DNA of 64,000 nucleotides from Paragordius varius. Lineage: Eukaryota > Animalia > Nematomorpha. Below, in pieces: positions 54,901 through 64,000 of the stretch (its first letter is position 1; each line of letters begins with the position of its first letter). Made by a program: the position numbers and the translations under genes. The notes under the pieces are model-generated. The model did no database searches and was not told the DNA's origin. It saw nothing but the letters and a program-made list of their open reading frames with translations. The DNA is taken from NCBI GenBank assembly GCA_964247055.1, contig OZ176053.1:13888001-13952000 (forward strand), read 5' to 3'.

Positions 54901-57900
54901 CTACCCAAAAAAAATTATGGTGACATCACCTGATCAAATTTGGATTTTAGGTAGCCATTTTTATTTTTAAAATCGTATAAAATAAATTTTTAAATATTTA
55001 AAAAATTTATAAAAATTACATTTATACTCCGATCTCGAAAATATTTGGGGTGATGATGGAACTACCATAGGGCTACCCAAAAAAATTATGGTGACATCAC
55101 CTGATCAAATTTGGATTTTAGGTAGCCATTTTTATTTTTAAAATTGTATAAAATAAATTTTTTAAATATTTAAAAAATTCATAAAAATTACATTTATACT
55201 CTGATCTTGAAAATATTTGGGGTGATGATGGAACTACCATAGGGCTACCCAAAAAAAATCATAGTGACATCACCTGATCAAATTTGGATTTTAGGTAGCC
55301 ATTTTTATTTTTAAAATCGTATAAAATAAATTTTTTAAATATTTAAAAAATTCATAAAAATTATATTTATACTCCGATCTCGAAAATATTTGGGGTGATG
55401 ATGGAACTACCATAGGGCTACCCAAAAAAAATTATGGTGACATCATATGATCAAATTTGGATTTTAGGTAGCCATTTTTATTTTTAAAATCGTATAAAAT
55501 AAATTTTTTAAATATTTAAAAACTTCATAAAAATTACATTTATAGTCCGATCCCCAAAATATTTGGGGTGATGATGGAACTACCATAGGGCTACCCAAAA
55601 AAAATTATGGCGACATCACCTGATGAAATTTGGATTTTAGGTAGCCATTTTTATTTTTAAAATCGTATAAAATAAATTTTTTAAATATTTAAAAAATTCA
55701 TAAAAATTACATTTATAGTCCGATCCCCAAAATATTTGGGGTGATGATGGAATTACCATAGGGCTACCCAAAAAAATTTATGGTGACATCACCTGATCAA
55801 ATTTGGATTTTAGGTAGCCATTTTTATTTTTAATATCGTATAAAATAAATTTTTTAAATATTTAAAAAATTCATAAAAATTACATTTATACTCCGATCTC
55901 GAAAATATTTGGGGTAATGATGGAACTACCATAGGGCTACCCAAAAAAAATTATGGTGACATCACCTGATCAAATTTGGATTTTAGGTAGCCATTTTTAT
56001 ATTTTGAAAATCGTATAAAATAAATTTTTTAAATATTTAAAAAATTCATAAAAATTACATTTATACTCCGATCTCGAAAATATTTGGGGTAATGATGGAA
56101 CTACCATAGGGCTACCCAAAAAAAATTATGGCGACATCACCTGATGAAATTTAAATTTTAGGTAGCCATTTTTATTTTTAAAATCGTATAAAATAAATTT
56201 TTTAAATATTTAAAAAATTCATAAAAATTACATTTAAAGTCCGATCTCAAAAATATTTGGGGTTATGATGGAACTACCATAGGGCTACCCAAAAAAAATT
56301 ATGGTGACATCACCTGATCAAATTTGGATTTTAGGTAGCCATTTTTATTTTTAAAATCGTACAAAAATAAATTTTTTAAATATTTAAAAACTTCATAAAA
56401 ATTACATTTATAGTCCGATCCCCAAAATATTTGGGGTGATGATGGAACTACCATAGGGCTACCCAAAAAAAATTATGGTGACATCACCTGATCAAATTTA
56501 GATTTTAGGTAGCCATTTTTATTTTTAAAATCGTATAAAATAAATTTTTTAAATATTTAAAAAATTCATAAAAATAACATTTATAGTCCGATCCCCAAAA
56601 TATTTAGGGTGATGATGGAACTACCATAGGGCTACCCAAAAAAAATTATGGCGACATCACCTGATCAAATTTGGATTTTAGGTAGCCATTTTTATTTTTA
56701 AAATCGTATAAAATAAATTTTTTAAATATTTAAAAAATTCATAAAAATTACATTTATACTCCGATCTCGAAAATATTTGGGGTGATGATGGAATTACCAT
56801 AGGGCTACCCAAAAAAAATTATGGTGACATCACCTGATCAAATTTGGATTTTAGGTAGCCATTTTTATTTTTAAAATTGTATAAAATAAATTTTTTAAAT
56901 ATTTAAAAAATTCATAAAAATTACATTTATACTCTGATCTTGAAAATATTTGGGGTGATGATGGAACTACCATAGGGCTACCCAAAAAAATCATAGTGAC
57001 ATCACCTGATCAAATTTGGATTTTAGGTAGCCATTTTTATTTTTAAAATCGTATAAAATAAATTTTTTAAATATTTAAAAAATTCATAAAAATTATATTT
57101 ATACTCCGATCTCGAAAATATTTGGGGTGATGATGGAACTACCATAGGGCTACCCAAAAAAAATTATGGCGACATCACCTGATTAAATTTGGATTTTAGG
57201 TAGCCATTTTTATTTTTAAAATCGTATAAAATAAATTTTTTAAATATTTAAAAACTTCATAAAAATTACATTTATAGTCCGATCCCCAAAATATTTGGGG
57301 TGATGATGGAACTACCATAAGGCTACCCAAAAAAAATTATGGCGACATCACCTGATAAAATTTGGATTTTAGGTAGCCATTTTTATTTTTAAAATCGTAT
57401 AAAATAAATTTTTTAAATATTTAAAAAATTCATAAAAATTACATTTATAGTCCGATCCCCAAAATATTTGGGGTGATGATGGAATTACCATAGGGCTACC
57501 CAAAATAATTTATGGTGACATCACCTGATCAAATTTGGATTTTAGGTAGCCATTTTTATTTTTAATATCGTATAAAATAAATTTTTTAAATATTTAAAAA
57601 ATTCATAAAAATTACATTTATACTCGATCTCGAAAATATTTGGGGTAATGATGGAACTACCATAGGGCTACCCAAAAAAAATTATGGTGACATCACCTGA
57701 TCAAATTTGGATTTTAGGTAGCCATTTTTAAATTTTTAAAATCGTATAAAATAAATTTTTTAAATATTTAAAAAATTCATAAAAATTACATTTATACTCC
57801 GATCTCGAAAATATTTGGGGTAATGATGGAACTACCATAGGGCTACCCAAAAAAAATTATGGCGACATCACCTGATGAAATTTAAATTTTAGGTAGCCAT

Positions 57901-60900
57901 TTTTATTTTTAAAATCGTATAAAATAAATTTTTTAAATATTTAAAAAATTCATAAAAATTACATTTAAAGTCCGATCTCAAAAATATTTGGGGTTATGAT
58001 GGAACTACCATAGGGCTACCCAAAAAAAATTATGGTGACATCACCTGATCAAATTTGGATTTTAGGTAGCCATTTTTATTTTTAAAATCGTATAAAATAA
58101 ATTTTTAAATATTTAAAAAATTCATAAAAATTACATTTATACTCCGATCTCGAAAATATTTGGGGTGATGATGGGACTACCATAGGGCTACCCAAAAAAA
58201 TTATGGTGACATCACCTGATCAAATTTGGATTTTAGGTAGCCATTTTTATTTTTAAAATTGTATAAAATAAATTTTTTAAATATTTAAAAAATTCATAAA
58301 AATTACATTTATACTCTGATCTTGAAAATTTTTGGGGTGATGATGGAACTACCATAGGGCTACCCAAAAAAATCATAGTGACATCACCTGATCAAATTTG
58401 GATTTTAGGTAGCCATTTTTATTTTTAAAATCGTATAAAATAAATTTTTTAAATATTTAAAAAATTCATAAAAATTATATTTATACTCCGATCTCGAAAA
58501 TATTTGGGGTGATGATGGAACTACCATAGGGCTACCCAAAAAAAATTATGGTGACATCACCTGATCAAATTTGGATTTTAGGTAGCCATTTTTATTTTTA
58601 AAATCGTATAAAATAAATTTTTTAAATATTTAAAAAATTCATAAAAATTACATTTATACTCCGATCTCGAAAATATTTGGGGTGATGATGGAACTACCAT
58701 AGGGCTACCCAAAAAAATTATGGTGACATCACCTGATCAAATTTGGATTTTAGGTAGCCATTTTTATTTTTAAAATTGTATAAAATAAATTTTTTAAATA
58801 TTTAAAAAATTCATAAAAATTACATTTATACTCTGATCTTGAAAATATTTGGGGTGATGATGGAACTACCATAGGGCTACCCAAAAAAATCATAGTGACA
58901 TCACCTGATCAAATTTGGATTTTAGGTAGCCATTTTTATTTTTAAAATCGTATAAAATAAATTTTTTAAATATTTAAAAAATTCATAAAAATTATATTTA
59001 TACTCCGATCTCGAAAATATTTGGGGTGATGATGGAACTACCATAGGGCTACCCAAAAAAAATTATGGCGACATCACCTGATTAAATTTGGATTTTAGGT
59101 AGCCATTTTTATTTTTAAAATCGTATAAAATAAATTTTTTAAATATTTAAAAAATTCATAAAAATTACATTTATAGTCCGATCCCCAAAATATTTGGGGT
59201 GATGATGGAATTACCATAGGGCTACCCAAAAAAATTTATGGTGACATCACCTGATCAAATTTGGATTTTAGGTAGCCATTTTTATTTTTAATATCGTATA
59301 AAATAAATTTTTTAAATATTTAAAAAATTCATAAAAATTACATTTATACTCCGATCTCGAAAATATTTGGGGTAATGATGGAACTACCATAGGGCTACCC
59401 GAAAAAAATTATGGTGACATCACCTGATCAAATTTGGATTTTAGGTAGCCATTTTTATATTTTTAAAATCGTATAAAATAAATTTTTTAAATATTTAAAA
59501 AATTCATAAAAATTACATTTATACTCCGATCTCGAAAATATTTGGGGTAATGATGGAACTACCATAGGGCTACCCAAAAAAAATTATGGCGACATCACCT
59601 GATGAAATTTAAATTTTAGGTAGCCATTTTTATTTTTAAAATCGTATAAAATAAATTTTTTAAATATTTAAAAAATTCATAAAAATTACATTTAAAGTCC
59701 GATCTCAAAAATATTTGGGGTTATGATGGAACTACCATAGGGCTACCCAAAAAAAATTATGGTGACATCACCTGATCAAATTTGGATTTTAGGTAGCCAT
59801 TTTTATTTTTAAAATCGTATAAAATAAATTTTTTAAATATTTAAAAAATTCATAAAAATTACATTTATACTCCGATCTCGAAAATATTTGGGGTGATGAT
59901 GGAACTACCATAGGGCTACCCAAAAAAATTATGGCGACATCACCTGATGAAATTTAAATTTTAGGTAGCCATTTTTATTTTTAAAATCGTATAAAATAAA
60001 TTTTTTAAATATTTAAAAAATTCATAAAAATAACATTTATAGTCCGATCCCCAAAATATTTAGGGTGATGATGGAACTACCATAGGGCTACCCAAAAAAA
60101 ATTATGGCGACATCACCTGATCAAATTTGGATTTTAGGTAGCCATTTTTATTTTTAAAATCGTATAAAATAAATTTTTTAAATATTTAAAAAATTCATAA
60201 AAATTACATTTATACTCCGATCTCGAAAATATTTGGGGTGATGATGGAATTACCATAGGGCTACCCAAAAAAAATTATGGTGACATCACCTGATCAAATT
60301 TGGATTTTAGGTAGCCATTTTTATTTTTAAAATTGTATAAAATAAATTTTTTAAATATTTAAAAAATTCATAAAAATTACATTTATACTCTGATCTTGAA
60401 AATATTTGGGGTGATGATGGAACTACCATAGGGCTACCCAAAAAAATCATAGTGACATCACCTGATCAAATTTGGATTTTAGGTAGCCATTTTTATTTTT
60501 AAAATCGTATAAAATAAATTTTTTAAATATTTAAAAAATTCATAAAAATTATATTTATACTCCGATCTCGAAAATATTTGGGGTGATGATGGAACTACCA
60601 TAGGGCTACCCAAAAAAAATTATGGCGACATCACCTGATTAAATTTGGATTTTAGGTAGCCATTTTTATTTTTAAAATCGTATAAAATAAATTTTTTAAA
60701 TATTTAAAAACTTCATAAAAATTACATTTATAGTCCGATCCCCAAAATATTTGGGGTGATGATGGAACTACCATAAGGCTACCCAAAAAAAATTATGGCG
60801 ACATCACCTGATAAAATTTGGATTTTAGGTAGCCATTTTTATTTTTAAAATCGTATAAAATAAATTTTTTAAATATTTAAAAAATTCATAAAAATTACAT

Positions 60901-63900
60901 TTATAGTCCGATCCCCAAAATATTTGGGGTGATGATGGAATTACCATAGGGCTACCCAAAATAATTTATGGTGACATCACCTGATCAAATTTGGATTTTA
61001 GGTAGCCATTTTTATTTTTAATATCGTATAAAATAAATTTTTTAAATATTTAAAAAATTCATAAAAATTACATTTATACTCGATCTCGAAAATATTTGGG
61101 GTAATGATGGAACTACCATAGGGCTACCCAAAAAAAATTATGGTGACATCACCTGATCAAATTTGGATTTTAGGTAGCCATTTTTAAATTTTTAAAATCG
61201 TATAAAATAAATTTTTTAAATATTTAAAAAATTCATAAAAATTACATTTATACTCCGATCTCGAAAATATTTGGGGTAATGATGGAACTACCATAGGGCT
61301 ACCCAAAAAAAATTATGGCGACATCACCTGATGAAATTTAAATTTTAGGTAGCCATTTTTATTTTTAAAATCGTATAAAATAAATTTTTTAAATATTTAA
61401 AAAATTCATAAAAATTACATTTAAAGTCCGATCTCAAAAATATTTGGGGTTATGATGGAACTACCATAGGGCTACCCAAAAAAAATTATGGTGACATCAC
61501 CTGATCAAATTTGGATTTTAGGTAGCCATTTTTATTTTTAAAATCGTATAAAATAAATTTTTAAATATTTAAAAAATTCATAAAAATTACATTTATACTC
61601 CGATCTCGAAAATATTTGGGGTGATGATGGGACTACCATAGGGCTACCCAAAAAAATTATGGTGACATCACCTGATCAAATTTGGATTTTAGGTAGCCAT
61701 TTTTATTTTTAAAATTGTATAAAATAAATTTTTTAAATATTTAAAAAATTCATAAAAATTACATTTATACTCTGATCTTGAAAATTTTTGGGGTGATGAT
61801 GGAACTACCATAGGGCTACCCAAAAAAATCATAGTGACATCACCTGATCAAATTTGGATTTTAGGTAGCCATTTTTATTTTTAAAATCGTATAAAATAAA
61901 TTTTTTAAATATTTAAAAAATTCATAAAAATTATATTTATACTCCGATCTCGAAAATATTTGGGGTGATGATGGAACTACCATAGGGCTACCCAAAAAAA
62001 ATTATGGTGACATCACCTGATCAAATTTGGATTTTAGGTAGCCATTTTTATTTTTAAAATCGTATAAAATAAATTTTTTAAATATTTAAAAAATTCATAA
62101 AAATTACATTTATACTCCGATCTCGAAAATATTTGGGGTGATGATGGAACTACCATAGGGCTACCCAAAAAAATTATGGTGACATCACCTGATCAAATTT
62201 GGATTTTAGGTAGCCATTTTTATTTTTAAAATTGTATAAAATAAATTTTTTAAATATTTAAAAAATTCATAAAAATTACATTTATACTCTGATCTTGAAA
62301 ATATTTGGGGTGATGATGGAACTACCATAGGGCTACCCAAAAAAATCATAGTGACATCACCTGATCAAATTTGGATTTTAGGTAGCCATTTTTATTTTTA
62401 AAATCGTATAAAATAAATTTTTTAAATATTTAAAAAATTCATAAAAATTATATTTATACTCCGATCTCGAAAATATTTGGGGTGATGATGGAACTACCAT
62501 AGGGCTACCCAAAAAAAATTATGGCGACATCACCTGATTAAATTTGGATTTTAGGTAGCCATTTTTATTTTTAAAATCGTATAAAATAAATTTTTTAAAT
62601 ATTTAAAAAATTCATAAAAATTACATTTATAGTCCGATCCCCAAAATATTTGGGGTGATGATGGAATTACCATAGGGCTACCCAAAAAAATTTATGGTGA
62701 CATCACCTGATCAAATTTGGATTTTAGGTAGCCATTTTTATTTTTAATATCGTATAAAATAAATTTTTTAAATATTTAAAAAATTCATAAAAATTACATT
62801 TATACTCCGATCTCGAAAATATTTGGGGTAATGATGGAACTACCATAGGGCTACCCGAAAAAAATTATGGTGACATCACCTGATCAAATTTGGATTTTAG
62901 GTAGCCATTTTTATATTTTTAAAATCGTATAAAATAAATTTTTTAAATATTTAAAAAATTCATAAAAATTACATTTATACTCCGATCTCGAAAATATTTG
63001 GGGTAATGATGGAACTACCATAGGGCTACCCAAAAAAAATTATGGCGACATCACCTGATGAAATTTAAATTTTAGGTAGCCATTTTTATTTTTAAAATCG
63101 TATAAAATAAATTTTTTAAATATTTAAAAAATTCATAAAAATTACATTTAAAGTCCGATCTCAAAAATATTTGGGGTTATGATGGAACTACCATAGGGCT
63201 ACCCAAAAAAAATTATGGTGACATCACCTGATCAAATTTGGATTTTAGGTAGCCATTTTTATTTTTAAAATCGTATAAAATAAATTTTTTAAATATTTAA
63301 AAAATTCATAAAAATTACATTTATACTCCGATCTCGAAAATATTTGGGGTGATGATGGAACTACCATAGGGCTACCCAAAAAAATTATGGCGACATCACC
63401 TGATGAAATTTAAATTTTAGGTAGCCATTTTTATTTTTAAAATCGTATAAAATAAATTTTTTAAATATTTAAAAACTTCATAAAAATTACATTTATAGTC
63501 CGATCCCCAAAATATTTGGGGTGATGATGGAACTACCATAGGGCTACCCAAAAAAAATTATGGCGACATCACCTGATTAAATTTGGATTTTAGGTAGCCA
63601 TTTTTATTTTTAAAATCGTATAAAATAAATTTTTTAAATATTTAAAAAATTCATAAAAATTACATTTATAGTCCGATCCCCAAAATATTTGGGGTGATGA
63701 TGGAATTACCATAGGGCTACCCAAAAAAATTTATGGTGACATCACCTGATCAAATTTGGATTTTAGGTAGCCATTTTTATTTTTAATATCGTATAAAATA
63801 AATTTTTTAAATATTTAAAAAATTCATAAAAATTACATTTATACTCCGATCTCGAAAATATTTGGGGTAATGATGGAACTACCATAGGGCTACCCAAAAA

Positions 63901-64000
63901 AAATTATGGCGACATCACCTGATGAAATTTAAATTTTAGGTAGCCATTTTTATTTTTAAAATCGTATAAAATAAATTTTTTAAATATTTAAAAAATTCAT
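51950..64000 (+). repeat. Satellite domain D: ordered 9-14-monomer higher-order repeat series
   Basis: A fixed variant order recurs: TTGTA/CTGATCTTG/CATAGT, then TTATATTT, AAACTT, GAATTA/TTTATGG, AATATC/GGTAATG, and GATGAAATTTAA/TTAAAG/GGTTATG. The GATGT deletion marker is at 52016 and 54086 (offset 2070, 12 monomers). Confidence 0.85.
56510..63420 (+). repeat. Near-identical tandem duplication of 20 monomers, period 3456 bp
   Basis: Six private markers recur at exactly +3456: TAAC 56575/60031, CATAAGG 57318/60774, ATAATT 57505/60961, TACTCGAT 57621/61077, ATGGGAC 58173/61629 and CCCGAAA 59401/62857. Confidence 0.93.

Larger units (their letters stand above)
1..64000 (+). repeat. Tandem satellite DNA array, 173-bp monomer, about 370 copies, single orientation, running off both ends of the window
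   Basis: CATCACC monomer starts at 1, 174, 346, 519 and so on to 63913 (period 172-173 bp). Every line of the window matches the consensus. No unique or inverted segment was seen. Consensus GC is 47/173 (27%). Confidence 0.99.

Noticed and set aside
1-64000. CRISPR array (regular period, palindromic segments)
   Set aside because: There are no unique spacers. The entire 173 bp is repeated, and no cas genes or leader are present.
1-64000. Protein-coding repeat or ORFs from the ATG codons in GATGATGG and TTATGG
   Set aside because: The period is not a multiple of 3, and the A/T tract is dense in TAA on both strands, so only trivially short frames exist.
1-64000. Information-bearing code or phase-variable cassette in the order of monomer variants
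   Set aside because: The order is explained by nested duplications of neighbouring monomers, and there is no recombinase, unique cassette or reading frame to support a code.
1-64000. Hidden insertion or strand inversion within the array
   Set aside because: I read the window through and found none. The largest departures from consensus are indels of 7 bp or less.

Overview
The whole 64 kb window is one uninterrupted head-to-tail satellite DNA array on the + strand: about 370 copies of a 173-bp monomer at roughly 27% GC. Consensus: CATCACCTGATCAAATTTGGATTTTAGGTAGCCATTTTTATTTTTAAAATCGTATAAAATAAATTTTTTAAATATTTAAAAAATTCATAAAAATTACATTTATA(G/C)TCCGATC(C/T)C(C/G)AAAATATTTGGGGTGATGATGGAACTACCATAGGGCTACCCAAAAAAAATTATGG(C/T)GA. 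I found no genes, RNA genes, transposon insertions, inversions or CRISPR spacers, and I cannot name the family or the host. The monomer length and organisation suggest eukaryotic centromeric or pericentromeric heterochromatin (inference). The notable content is internal. (1) Each monomer carries several dyad symmetries, including a perfect 24-bp AT-only palindrome. (2) Variants define sequential domains, changing at about 27 kb, 36 kb and 50-52 kb, each with its own higher-order repeats (7-, 8-, 11-, 12-, 20- and 25-28-mers). (3) Pockets rich in private variants lie between the homogenised domains. (4) All four CpG sites have transition derivatives, and these are strand-coordinated within single monomers. 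Offsets were measured by eye from diagnostic variants, so block boundaries are approximate to about one monomer.
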